A stretch of 24,289 bases of DNA, from the IMG/VR virus record IMGVR_UViG_3300028602_001425, positions 1 through 24,289 of that record; one strand, 5' to 3'. The first letter of the stretch is position 1. Each line of letters opens with the position of its first letter. Position numbers and translations under genes: made by a program. Under the pieces are notes generated by a model. That model searched no databases. It saw only the letters and a list, made by a program, of their open reading frames with translations, and had not been told where the DNA came from. Source of the stretch: a virus. Below are positions 6,684 to 16,713 of this stretch, in pieces.

Positions 6684-8639
6684 ATGGGACTGATAGGAGA
6701 AGTATACGCAGATGCCGGGCTACATGTCGATAAAGCCTCTTTTGCTCAATATGCCTCGATGCTGAAGCAGACAGAGGGGCAAATCGGGGATATGTCCTCT
6801 AGTATGCAGGCTGGGATGGTAACTGCATTTTCTGTTCCTGCCGCCGCCGTTGCCGGAATAGCTGCTTATGGTACGACTATAGCCGCTTCTTATGAGGATG
6901 CAAACCTCACTCTCAAAACCTTATATGGAAGTCAAGAAGCTGCACAGCAAAAATTTCAATGGTTACAGCAATTCGCCGCGACAACTCCTTTTGAATTTCC
7001 TGAACTTCTCGAAGCTGCAACCCGTCTAAAGGCTTACGGAATGGACGTGGAGCAATACGGGAGGACTCTAGGAGATACAGCCGCAGGTATGGGAAAGCCC
7101 ATAATGGCAGTAGTTGAAGCGATAGCAGACGCTCAGCAGGGCGAATTTGAAAGGATGAAAGAGTTTGGTATCAAAGCTGTTGAAATCACAAAAAAGAATT
7201 ATGAACAGTTGGGTGCTTCCGTAGAGGATGCTGGCAGAACTGCACTCACGTTCATGGACAAAAACGGCAAGCAGCAGATTGAAGTCATTGATCGAAATAA
7301 CAAAGAAATGATCACCTCTACTATTTCGGCAATTTGGAACGACAAATATGCCGGAGCAATGGAAGAACGTTCCAGGTCATTTAACGGCATGATCTCAGCT
7401 ATTAAAGACAACCTTAAAGCCGGCCTTGCTGATATGGTCGGTTTCGACATGCAGACCGCAACCATTGAAGGGGGAAGTCTTTTAGGAGTTCTTAAGGATC
7501 TTGCCGGTGTTGCTCTTGTTGTTACGGGTGCGTTTTCTAACATGTCTGAACCCATGCAGACATTTGTTTTAGTCGCTGCTCTCGGTGGTGCTGCTGCTCT
7601 TGCTCTTGGTGCGGGGTTCGTGGCAGCAAGTGCGGCGGGAATAACTACTACTGCTGTAATGGGTGCGTTAGGAATCGCTGTCAACACTGTGTTATGGCCC
7701 GCTACCCTCATAGTAGGAACTCTTGCGTTAGTGGCGGCTGGACTTGTTTATCTCGATGAAAAAACAGGGGCGGTAACGTACTCATGGAATTTGATGAAGG
7801 ACATCTTCACAATTGTTGCGTCTGGAATCATGAACGCTGCCTCGATCCTCTGGAATTACATTGTCCAAGCAATGGATGGTATCAAGACAGCTATAGCTGA
7901 TATGTTCCCGCCTGGATTTCTGGAAGGTGTCGGAAACGTTGTAAACGGGGTAATATCCCAATTCACAAACATGGGTAGCAATATTCATACCCAGGCCGAA
8001 GGAATCCGGCAGGATAATACTAACATTGGAACATCAGCAACTACCGCAGGGAGTCAAGTAACCGGAGCCACCGGAGAGATGATTGCGGGGTATTCAGGGG
8101 CAGGTGCGTCTGTTCTTGGTATGAGTTCCACAACCCACACGGCGACGGGCCAAATGATTTCGGATTTTAATACCACGGGCGGAGCCGCAGATTTAATGGG
8201 TGGAGATATCGCCGGAACGGTTGCACCCGTGAACACTTTATCCGGGACGGTGAAAGGAGCAACCGGGGCAAATCAGACGTATGCAGCATCATTTATAAAT
8301 GTCTCAAATCAGGCGAACGCCGCCGCTTCTGCTGCAATTTCAGCCGCTAATAGGATCGGAGCCGCAATAAAAACTAACATAAATCAGGTTGGAGAACTTG
8401 AAGCACTCGCGGGAAAATGGAACACAAGGGCAGCATTAGGCATTACGTCTTCGGGTGGCTCAGGGACCGGGGAAGGAAATGTTAAAATCAAAACTCCTGC
8501 GAATATGTTAACAGCATCAGAAACGGCAGCACGCAAAGCGAATAACACAGTATATAATAATAACATCACGAATAAAAATACAATAAACAATAACGGGGAC
8601 AAGTTGAGTGCCTCGAGAGCTAAGGCAGCAGGGGTCTAA
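6684..8639 (+). CDS. Tape measure protein (651 aa)
   Basis: LKTLYGSQEAAQQKFQWLQQFAATTPFEFPELLEAATRLKAYG tape-measure N-domain motif, central hydrophobic Ala/Gly stretch; ~0.15 nm/residue suggests a tail of roughly 95 nm. Confidence 0.95.
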   Translation: MGLIGEVYADAGLHVDKASFAQYASMLKQTEGQIGDMSSSMQAGMVTAFSVPAAAVAGIAAYGTTIAASYEDANLTLKTLYGSQEAAQQKFQWLQQFAATTPFEFPELLEAATRLKAYGMDVEQYGRTLGDTAAGMGKPIMAVVEAIADAQQGEFERMKEFGIKAVEITKKNYEQLGASVEDAGRTALTFMDKNGKQQIEVIDRNNKEMITSTISAIWNDKYAGAMEERSRSFNGMISAIKDNLKAGLADMVGFDMQTATIEGGSLLGVLKDLAGVALVVTGAFSNMSEPMQTFVLVAALGGAAALALGAGFVAASAAGITTTAVMGALGIAVNTVLWPATLIVGTLALVAAGLVYLDEKTGAVTYSWNLMKDIFTIVASGIMNAASILWNYIVQAMDGIKTAIADMFPPGFLEGVGNVVNGVISQFTNMGSNIHTQAEGIRQDNTNIGTSATTAGSQVTGATGEMIAGYSGAGASVLGMSSTTHTATGQMISDFNTTGGAADLMGGDIAGTVAPVNTLSGTVKGATGANQTYAASFINVSNQANAAASAAISAANRIGAAIKTNINQVGELEALAGKWNTRAALGITSSGGSGTGEGNVKIKTPANMLTASETAARKANNTVYNNNITNKNTINNNGDKLSASRAKAAGV

Positions 8640-8642
8640 AAA

Positions 8643-11600
8643 ATGGTTACAGTTTATGTTTCCAATCTTGGGACAGATGATTATACAGTTGACGGAGATG
8701 CAGATCAGGTACAAATCAATCAAGCCCTCACTTATGCAAACACAAACGGAACACAAGCCAGTCCGGTAACAGTCTATCTCCGAGGCCCGTACACTTATGA
8801 TCTTACAGACAACCTTTTAGCCGGCTCAAACACCATCTTCACGGGAGATACCACAGCAGTATTGAGATTACATAATAGCGCAGGATGGGCACTCTGGAAG
8901 CCGTTAATAGGTCAAATATCCGGTGTAACTCCTCAAAATTTCACTTTTACAAATATTACTGTCGATGGAAATTACGCGAATCAACCCGAATTTACTGCCG
9001 GAAATTGGGGAGATGGCTATTATCCAGGGCTGTTTTTCCAGGGAACTTTAGCTAATCCAGTAAGAAATATTTCAATTCATGATGCTTTATTTAAGGGCAC
9101 TCTAACTGACGGTGTAAGGCTGTCCTATGCCGATTCTGTGAATTTTTATAATAATAAAACCGTAGAATGTATGCACGAGGGCATCTATGTTTTACGGTCT
9201 AAAAACTGTAACATCTATTCAAATTATTTTACCATCCGGACAAACTCGGGACCGAGAATATATAACTCTCAAAATGTCAAGATTTATAATAATACAATGC
9301 GTCCTTATGCCCTTAATTCGGTTGCAGGAAACTTCGGGATTCAAATAGAGGACAATCCATCAAATAAGGACATAACTCTCTATAATGTCGATGTCTATGG
9401 AAATACCCTGGTCAATTGTTGGGGCGGTGGAATCTGGCTTATTGACCTGCAAGGGACATCTACAAACAAGGCTATAAAAATCCATGATAACACAATAACC
9501 GGCTGCGGGAGAATCACAACTACAAATTATAACGCAGGAATCACGATCCAGGGTTTAAATGGAGTTGAAATTTATAATAATGTTCTGAAAGATAATTATA
9601 ACGCAGGTATTTTAATTGCTAATGCTCCGAGCGGAGGCTCAGGATATACTTATTATTACACAAATAATGTAGTTTCCGGCACGCTCGACACTCTTGCGAC
9701 ATCTTCAACTAATATAAAAACTGGTCATGGTTTTGGAGTAGTTAACAGAGTTCCTGCTTCTGTTTCTGTTATAGCTACAAATAATATAGTGAGTGCAAAC
9801 GCTAACGGAGATTATTATCAGGTTAGTAATCTTAATGATGTCCAGACAACTCCTCCGGTAAAGGTCGTTCCGGCAATCCGTATTAATGAGATTGATGAAA
9901 TTGTAGATTATTATATTCCTGGATATGTTTCGTATGTGAACGGCTACCCGGTATTGATTCGAGGCTTCGAGCCGGACACTGATGAAAGCATCGGCACAGA
10001 CAAACCTCCAGGTTGGGACGGATGGGTACTCGGAGATTTCGGCAGCGACGGAACATCAATTAATTTCAGATGTCACGCAATGGGGAAAGATGATTACAGA
10101 AGAGCAGTCGCTTCTTGGAAAAAGAAAGGGAGGGCTTATGTTGAGATCGGAGAAGACCCAGGCTGGCAGGTATCAGGGATTGTCAGAAATCATAATCATA
10201 GAATAGATAAGGACGCAGGAGACATCATGGGGGATGAATCAGCTTATGATTATAATGTTTCCTTTTATAGTGATTCTCCATTTGAGGAGACTGTAAACAA
10301 GCACGTAAGGGCTAGAAAGTTAACGTTCTCTGGGGAGCAGTGGAGCGCAGATAATACTTATGCCGGAAACATCTTAGCTAATCCTTCGTTTGAGGAATGG
10401 ACTAAGGGGGTCACTCAGACGTGGATACCTCGGACCTCTGCTTCGAGTGTAGATTTTAAGGCTGTCGAACACTCCGAAGATCTTTCACAATATTGTGCGG
10501 TGGCTCAGAATAGTATTCAAATATCCTCAGATGCGGTTTCTTGGAGTGTTCCTGGCACACTTCCTGCAAACATTTCAAACGCTTGGAAAGGGCTTATCTG
10601 GGGAGAAACTACAGGAATTGATACGGCCGCCTCTACTCTGAATTATATTCCAGTGTCGTCTGATGGATATATAATGGTATCCTCTGATAATTATACCCCT
10701 GTTTCGACTGACCTCTCAGAAGATGCAGGCATGGCTGCCGGGAGATGGGTAGCAGTCGGATACACCGCCGGAACTGCCGGAGCCGCATGGTCAATGGACG
10801 GGGATTCATGGACAGCAGGAGTCACCCCCACCGGTAATTTTGAAGGCATTTGTTATATCCGAGATGATAAAAATGGGATCTATAGATATGTTGCGGTTGG
10901 AAATAATTTAGTAATTTACTCAGACGACGGCGGAGAAACGTGGTCTTCGGTTGTTGTTTCAGGCTCATTTAAGGCAGTCTGTTATTCTACGACTCTTAAA
11001 AGATTACTTGCTGTTACCACATCTGGAGAGGTCATATATTCAGATAATTTCGCCGAAAATTGGGAGGCGGTTACTGCTCCTTCTCAGGCTTGGCAGGATG
11101 TAATCTACTCAGATACACAGAGTCTTTTCATAGTAATTTCTTCAGATGGGGGACCTCAGCAGGTCATGACCTCCCCCACAGGATTAAGTGGTTCGTGGAC
11201 CCTGCAAAACACTCCTATAGCCGGATCTATAGTTACCCCAGGCGAGGGGGATATTTCCACAGATACGAGACAGACCGATGCAGGATACGTCTACACATCT
11301 GCTGCAATGGTCTATAGTTCCGCTAATACAAGCCTCGAATGGACTTATGTACTCCCTGCTCTTACAGATGGGAGTTTCTACAGACTCGATAGGGTTTTCG
11401 GAAAATTAAGAACCCTTTTAGCTGGAAAAATAGCATACCTGAAAGTGACTATCCATGCGGCCTCTTTATATTCTGGGGTCGAAACGGATCTCATAGAATG
11501 GACTAATAACACCACAACATATTCCCAGAAGTCTTATGATCTAGCGATAGAATCTGAAACGTCTGAAACTGTAACCATCAGATTCTACATGAAAACGTCT

Positions 11601-13460
11601 GACTCTAATTATAGAGCAGCTGCAACAGATCTAGGATTTACGTTTACAGTCGCTGGAGAAACAGGCGGCGAAGTCTCTTATCTGTATAATGAATGGTCTG
11701 CGATCTCAGAAGCTCCTGACAGCGGAATTATTGTAGCAGTCGCTTCAGCAGGAGAAGATAACCAGATAATGACCTCGATAAACGCGGGAATCTGGAATCT
11801 GCAAGCATGTGATAAAGCACTTGCATCAATTTGTTATTCCGAGAGCGATATTAAGTTTGTTACCTGCGGGGCTTCAGGGGCTATCCTAACATCTAGCGAT
11901 TATGGCAGATATGCCAATCCAGATGGATGGGCAGCAGTCAATCCTGGCACTTCTCGCTCTGAGAATTCCACAACGGGAACTTATGCGCTCTTGATTACAG
12001 GAGACGGTTCTACAGATGAGCCTGGAATGATTACTCAGCCAGTCGCTTTTGAAGGCGGTGTGACTTATGCACTTACTGGAGAAGTAGAAAAAGTTGGCTC
12101 TGATGGAATCGCAGTAATTGACATCTATGCTAATGAAGAGGTTATCGCGTCTCTGGAATGGGCAAACGAGGGCACATACTCAGAAAAACAGGAATATATA
12201 AAATTTGAAGTTTCTCCCGTAGGTGCTGTCCTGAGAATTCACGGCTCGGAAACTCCTTCGGCAGGCACTCTGATGTATTTTGACCATATAGTCCTTCAGA
12301 AACTCTCTGACCTCGATATTGATGAATTCGGTTCTGGAATCCTGACAAGCGGGACAGTTGAAACGGTTCCTGATATTTCAATTGAGTCTATGGGGACGCT
12401 CGCGGGATCTGTGGAAGGAAAAGAAACACCAGGGAACTCAAAAACAAATACCGATTTGACAAATGTTGGTAGTACAGCATTTCTTACATACCAGCTTCAG
12501 GACTTTTTCAATTATACCATTTCAGGAGTAGCTGGAAAGAAATACCGGATTGACAAGGTAGGGATAAAAGGATGTGTCGCGGCTTCTGGTGGTAGATGTG
12601 ACTCAAAAATAGAAGTTTATTTAGGCTCCACGTTGGCGGGAACTTACACATTTAGTTCAACTTCTGTACTTGCTTCTTATACATCCCATTCTGCAACCCC
12701 TAACATAATTTGTGAAGCAGGGCAATCAATCTCTTTCAAGTGGTATCTTAAGTCTTCATCGACTTCGATAAGGGCTTATATTCGTGATGCTACGGTAACT
12801 TATACTGAAATCCTGAGTACACCCACAGTTAACATAGATGCAGGTATTTCAGTCTTTAACATCGAAGATCCTTTAACTGTTATGAGGTTAAGCAACAGGA
12901 TTTTCCCCGGAGTAAAAACAACAATAGCCGCAGACGGGACTGGATCTTACAGGTATCTCGAAAATTTCAAAGATTCGAGCTATCAGAGTGCAGTATTATC
13001 AAGGACGGGCGCCTCGTTTAACGAAAGTTTAAAGCAGGTTCTTTTATCTGGTAATCTGGTCTGGGAATTTGACACGCTATACCCAATAACCGGGATACCC
13101 TGGATGAATATTTATGTTGTTTCAGGAGTCCCTAAACTTGAAATTTCAGTTGATAATGTGACGTGGAGAGCTTGTGATAGTAATAATACGACTTCGATAA
13201 CCGGAGAACAGGTAACTAGGGAATTGGATAACGCAGAAAACCTGAGACTCTACGGAAAGACTAGATTTTATGTCCGGCTGTCCCCGGCTTCTGGAAATCT
13301 TACAATTGGGTCTATCAGCCTGTTTACTTACCTGATTACTATTGATGCAGAACGTCCTGTTATTTCCGCTAACGGAGAGGCTAATACATTCCAGGTCAAT
13401 ATGTCAAATAATGTCCCCTGCATTGTTTCAATGAAATACCCGGATAAACACTGGATCTGA
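8643..13460 (+). CDS. Giant distal tail protein (Dit) with N-terminal disaggregatase-like beta-helix and nested CBM/beta-propeller/jelly-roll insertions (1605 aa)
   Basis: Between tape measure and hub. aa 1-400 parallel beta-helix; aa ~430-570 Dit-like N-domain; NILANPSFEEWT (576-587) resumes at ANPDGW (1091); Asp-box repeats (e.g. SDDGGETW); C-terminus ANGEANTFQV...IVSMKYPDKHW like Dit termini. Confidence 0.85.
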   Translation: MVTVYVSNLGTDDYTVDGDADQVQINQALTYANTNGTQASPVTVYLRGPYTYDLTDNLLAGSNTIFTGDTTAVLRLHNSAGWALWKPLIGQISGVTPQNFTFTNITVDGNYANQPEFTAGNWGDGYYPGLFFQGTLANPVRNISIHDALFKGTLTDGVRLSYADSVNFYNNKTVECMHEGIYVLRSKNCNIYSNYFTIRTNSGPRIYNSQNVKIYNNTMRPYALNSVAGNFGIQIEDNPSNKDITLYNVDVYGNTLVNCWGGGIWLIDLQGTSTNKAIKIHDNTITGCGRITTTNYNAGITIQGLNGVEIYNNVLKDNYNAGILIANAPSGGSGYTYYYTNNVVSGTLDTLATSSTNIKTGHGFGVVNRVPASVSVIATNNIVSANANGDYYQVSNLNDVQTTPPVKVVPAIRINEIDEIVDYYIPGYVSYVNGYPVLIRGFEPDTDESIGTDKPPGWDGWVLGDFGSDGTSINFRCHAMGKDDYRRAVASWKKKGRAYVEIGEDPGWQVSGIVRNHNHRIDKDAGDIMGDESAYDYNVSFYSDSPFEETVNKHVRARKLTFSGEQWSADNTYAGNILANPSFEEWTKGVTQTWIPRTSASSVDFKAVEHSEDLSQYCAVAQNSIQISSDAVSWSVPGTLPANISNAWKGLIWGETTGIDTAASTLNYIPVSSDGYIMVSSDNYTPVSTDLSEDAGMAAGRWVAVGYTAGTAGAAWSMDGDSWTAGVTPTGNFEGICYIRDDKNGIYRYVAVGNNLVIYSDDGGETWSSVVVSGSFKAVCYSTTLKRLLAVTTSGEVIYSDNFAENWEAVTAPSQAWQDVIYSDTQSLFIVISSDGGPQQVMTSPTGLSGSWTLQNTPIAGSIVTPGEGDISTDTRQTDAGYVYTSAAMVYSSANTSLEWTYVLPALTDGSFYRLDRVFGKLRTLLAGKIAYLKVTIHAASLYSGVETDLIEWTNNTTTYSQKSYDLAIESETSETVTIRFYMKTSDSNYRAAATDLGFTFTVAGETGGEVSYLYNEWSAISEAPDSGIIVAVASAGEDNQIMTSINAGIWNLQACDKALASICYSESDIKFVTCGASGAILTSSDYGRYANPDGWAAVNPGTSRSENSTTGTYALLITGDGSTDEPGMITQPVAFEGGVTYALTGEVEKVGSDGIAVIDIYANEEVIASLEWANEGTYSEKQEYIKFEVSPVGAVLRIHGSETPSAGTLMYFDHIVLQKLSDLDIDEFGSGILTSGTVETVPDISIESMGTLAGSVEGKETPGNSKTNTDLTNVGSTAFLTYQLQDFFNYTISGVAGKKYRIDKVGIKGCVAASGGRCDSKIEVYLGSTLAGTYTFSSTSVLASYTSHSATPNIICEAGQSISFKWYLKSSSTSIRAYIRDATVTYTEILSTPTVNIDAGISVFNIEDPLTVMRLSNRIFPGVKTTIAADGTGSYRYLENFKDSSYQSAVLSRTGASFNESLKQVLLSGNLVWEFDTLYPITGIPWMNIYVVSGVPKLEISVDNVTWRACDSNNTTSITGEQVTRELDNAENLRLYGKTRFYVRLSPASGNLTIGSISLFTYLITIDAERPVISANGEANTFQVNMSNNVPCIVSMKYPDKHWI

Positions 13461-13464
13461 TACT

Positions 13465-14652
13465 ATGCTCTGGTATTTCAGACCCCGATTAATAATTCAA
13501 AAACCAACAGGAGAGAGGTATTTTCCAAAAATCGTTTCTGCTTCTGTCACGGAAACAAGGGAATTCTCAAATCCTGAATTCGCAGAAATCGAGATAATCA
13601 CAAACAGAAGTCCTTATACTTCTGAATTTGTTAATGCAATTTCAGAGGATGATATAGTCAGATTACAAGTTTCCTGCCGGATGTCCCCCAAGGAAAAATA
13701 CGTTTTTGTTGACATCTTCGAGGGACTTGTAAGAAGAATTTCAGGAGATTATTCAACTAAAAATAATACTTCTATTTTGTGCAAAGGGCACATAGATGAG
13801 GCTACAAAGCTCTTGATAAGAGAGGCTAAAACGTGGACAGGAACTGTCGAAGCCAGGGAAATATTAACCTATCTTGTAAATCCTGCACATAATGTAACGC
13901 GGCTTACGTGGTTGAATCAGGCTCCTTATGTAGACCAGACCGGCAGTGTTTCTTTTACCGATGCTGAATCGGCGTATGCTACAAAAGCAGATCAAACTTA
14001 TTTATCAACTGTTTTTCAGGATCTAGAAAAGCAAAGTGGTTATAACTGGAAAATAGGCACTAAGTGTCTCTATGCCACAACAGGACTGCTTGATAAGACC
14101 TACTTAACTTGGAAACAAAATTCTGCAATCGCTACGGACAAATACAAAGCAATCGAGGGCACTGCAAGGTATCTAGGAAGCACTTTTGTGTTGTCGATCG
14201 AAGATCAGGCTACCGAATACGTGATAAAGGGAGATACACCCGAGGCCGGAACTCAATATAGTGGATCTGCAATTAATATCAATGCAGTTTCCCGCTACGG
14301 ATATAAGACCGATGTTGATGTTTTTACACAGTTACAAAGTAACGCGACTTGTAAAAGTATAGCTGAAGGTGCTCTACCTGACAAAATTCAAGCCGAAATA
14401 ACAGGCTCAATAAAATTGGTTGGAACCCCGGACGCCAGTGCCGGAGATGTTGTTTATGTTAAAACGCGATCAACAGAGCTTAACGGCGGTGTCATTTCAG
14501 GTAATTTTGACGTTTCAAGAGTCAGGCATGTAATCTCTTCTAATTCTTATCATACTGAAATTCAAGTCGGTGGAATTGTAGAAAATGCTTATGATCTTAT
14601 TGCGAAAATTAAGAAAACTTCTACAGTAACAAAATGTAATCAGGTGAAATAA
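13465..14652 (+). CDS. Baseplate hub / Tal (gp27/GPD-like) protein
   Basis: DIFEGLVRRI...LCKG, and C-terminal GSIKLVGTPDASAGDVVYV...FDVSRVRHVIS...TEIQV typical of hub folds; follows Dit. Confidence 0.8.
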   Translation: MLWYFRPRLIIQKPTGERYFPKIVSASVTETREFSNPEFAEIEIITNRSPYTSEFVNAISEDDIVRLQVSCRMSPKEKYVFVDIFEGLVRRISGDYSTKNNTSILCKGHIDEATKLLIREAKTWTGTVEAREILTYLVNPAHNVTRLTWLNQAPYVDQTGSVSFTDAESAYATKADQTYLSTVFQDLEKQSGYNWKIGTKCLYATTGLLDKTYLTWKQNSAIATDKYKAIEGTARYLGSTFVLSIEDQATEYVIKGDTPEAGTQYSGSAININAVSRYGYKTDVDVFTQLQSNATCKSIAEGALPDKIQAEITGSIKLVGTPDASAGDVVYVKTRSTELNGGVISGNFDVSRVRHVISSNSYHTEIQVGGIVENAYDLIAKIKKTSTVTKCNQVK

Positions 14653-16647
14653 ATGACAGCTCAAGAATATCCAATCTCAGGAATGACAATATCTGAAATC
14701 GTGGATTCTCTAACGAATACTAGAGATCCAAATGCTCACGCGGCTTCCCACAAATCAGGTGCTACAGACGCGCTGAAACTTACGGATTTGGCGGTAGCGG
14801 ATAACGTAACTGCCAATAATGCGACAACTACAAGACCTGGACTGTGCCCTAAACTCTCCGGGACATCTACAGAATACCTTGACGGTTCGGGGGCTTGGTC
14901 AACGCCTGACGGGGGATCCTCAATCACACTCCCAGGATCATCCACAGTTTTTTATAACGGTCTGGGTGGGTGGTCTACTCCTTCAGCATCCGGCTCAACG
15001 TTTAAGCCGTATATAACGATAGGGAGAACAGGATCAGGCGCAGATTACGAATGTGACGGGACCAGTGATAACGTTCAGATTCAGAAAGCTCTTAGTGACG
15101 TGAGTTCTGGAACCCAGATTGTATTTTTGCAAGGGACTTATAATTGTACTTCCCCACTTGCTATAAATTCAAAGAGTTTGTGGTTAAAAGGCATCGGAAA
15201 CGTAACCATTAATTTTGCTCTTTCGGGATATCAGGCGGCTGCAATGCAGTTCCAGGGGTCGTCGGTACTATCCACGACTCTTTCTTCGAATGCATCAAAG
15301 GGAGCTACCTCTGTTGTACTCACGTCAGTTTCAGGAGTCAGTGCGGGACAGTTAATTGTAATTTACAATGATGTCATATGGTCAGACTATCCTGATTACA
15401 ATGATATCTGCACGGGTGAAACATACGAAATAAAATCAGTATCAGGAAGTACAGTATACCTAAGTGATCCACTTGTACGCACTTATAACACTGCTGATAC
15501 TGCCAGTGCTCGCATTTTCTCGCCTGTAGAAATTCATATGGAAAATCTTAATATAGTTGGTGACGGTGCTTCCGGCGACCAGTTGGGACTTATTGTGAGG
15601 TATGGGAGTAAAATAAGTGTCAATAGGTGCTCTTTTAAAGATAATAATCTTTCAGGAATTATTCTATACACATGTTATGATGTTGACATTTATGGTAACA
15701 GTATAAACAATTGTACATTAGACGGACTTGGGTATGGTGTGGCTATTACTACGGCATCTGCAAAAGCTAGGATCACACATAACAATATAAACAATTGCAG
15801 ACATTGCATCTCAGTTACAAGCAATAAAGCTGTTCACGGAATGAATAGGGATGTCATAATAGCAAATAACGTATGTTATGGATCATCAACGATCACTGGA
15901 GCCATCGACGCCCACCCCAACTGTATAAATTGGATGGTCGTAAATAACATTATCCATGCGGTAAACAGGGGCATTATTAACGGCGCACAGCACATGATTT
16001 GTGAGGGTAATGAATTTAGGGACATCTCAGAAGGTGCAATATTTCATAACAAAGTGATAAATTTCCCCAGGTCTGTGAAAATATCAGGTAACAAATGCCA
16101 GATGGGTGGATATTTCTACAGCGACACTTCCACTGATGATTACTCAACAGTATCAATCACAGATAACGAAATTGACGGGGGTTATATTTCTATTTATACT
16201 CCCTCATCAAAATCAAGAAACATAGAAGCAATCAACATCTCCAATAATATAATTAGAAATGTATCAGGAAAAGCGATAAATACTTACCTCGAAAATCAGA
16301 ACGGGCCTTCATATATTAATATCCATGATAACAATATCGTGGACTGTACGCAAGAAGGGATCTATGTAGATCTCGTTGTCGCAGAAAACAGTATAGTAAA
16401 TATATCAAATAATATAATTATAAATCCAAATTCATCCGCAGGAGGTTACGCGGGAATCAAGGCTCATAGAATGACATACAGTACTATTGAGGGTAATACT
16501 GTTTATGACACTGCAAGCCGTGGAGGGGCTGCAATTGCTACCGGGACAAGTTGCGATTATAACGTTGTTGTGGGTAATATTGCAAGAGGGACAACTGGAA
16601 TAAGTTTGACAGGATCAAATAACGTGTCAGAGCATAATTTATCATGA
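14653..16647 (+). CDS. Tail spike/fibre with right-handed beta-helix (putative depolymerase), 664 aa
   Basis: N-terminal fibre motifs (HAASH, GxWSTP repeats), GADYECDGTSDNVQIQKAL helix cap, inserted beta-domain (aa ~205-290), many I-x-x-N-x-I repeats to the C-terminus. Confidence 0.85.
   Translation: MTAQEYPISGMTISEIVDSLTNTRDPNAHAASHKSGATDALKLTDLAVADNVTANNATTTRPGLCPKLSGTSTEYLDGSGAWSTPDGGSSITLPGSSTVFYNGLGGWSTPSASGSTFKPYITIGRTGSGADYECDGTSDNVQIQKALSDVSSGTQIVFLQGTYNCTSPLAINSKSLWLKGIGNVTINFALSGYQAAAMQFQGSSVLSTTLSSNASKGATSVVLTSVSGVSAGQLIVIYNDVIWSDYPDYNDICTGETYEIKSVSGSTVYLSDPLVRTYNTADTASARIFSPVEIHMENLNIVGDGASGDQLGLIVRYGSKISVNRCSFKDNNLSGIILYTCYDVDIYGNSINNCTLDGLGYGVAITTASAKARITHNNINNCRHCISVTSNKAVHGMNRDVIIANNVCYGSSTITGAIDAHPNCINWMVVNNIIHAVNRGIINGAQHMICEGNEFRDISEGAIFHNKVINFPRSVKISGNKCQMGGYFYSDTSTDDYSTVSITDNEIDGGYISIYTPSSKSRNIEAINISNNIIRNVSGKAINTYLENQNGPSYINIHDNNIVDCTQEGIYVDLVVAENSIVNISNNIIINPNSSAGGYAGIKAHRMTYSTIEGNTVYDTASRGGAAIATGTSCDYNVVVGNIARGTTGISLTGSNNVSEHNLS
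14854..14982 (+). repeat. Two tandem 18-aa tail-fibre repeats
   Basis: LSGTSTEYLDGSGAWSTP (aa 68-85) and LPGSSTVFYNGLGGWSTP (aa 93-110). Confidence 0.7.
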
Positions 16648-16655
16648 TTTGTGAG

Positions 16656-16700
16656 CTGAGTAGATTTCCTACTCGGTTATTTATATTTTTAGTTATATTT
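16656..16700 (+). terminator. Probable terminator of the late operon
   Basis: Hairpin CTGAGTAG-ATTTC-CTACTCGG (16656-16676) followed by T-rich tracts; convergent junction. Confidence 0.55.
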
Positions 16701-16713
16701 TAAGGAAGGCAAT

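Noticed and set aside
753-15016. Antisense and alternate-frame ORFs over structural genes (753-938, 1274-1468, 1402-1725, 1507-1905, 1906-2088, 2758-2943, 5556-5834, 7199-7711, 7782-7988, 8054-8236, 8384-8602, 8517-8756, 9982-10206, 11060-11317, 12142-12381, 14736-14945, 14819-15016)
   Set aside because: They overlap well-supported genes, lack RBS or recognisable motifs, and look like shadow ORFs.
8643-16647. Diversity-generating retroelement targeting the adhesins
   Set aside because: No reverse transcriptase and no adenine-variable template/variable repeat pair seen in the window.
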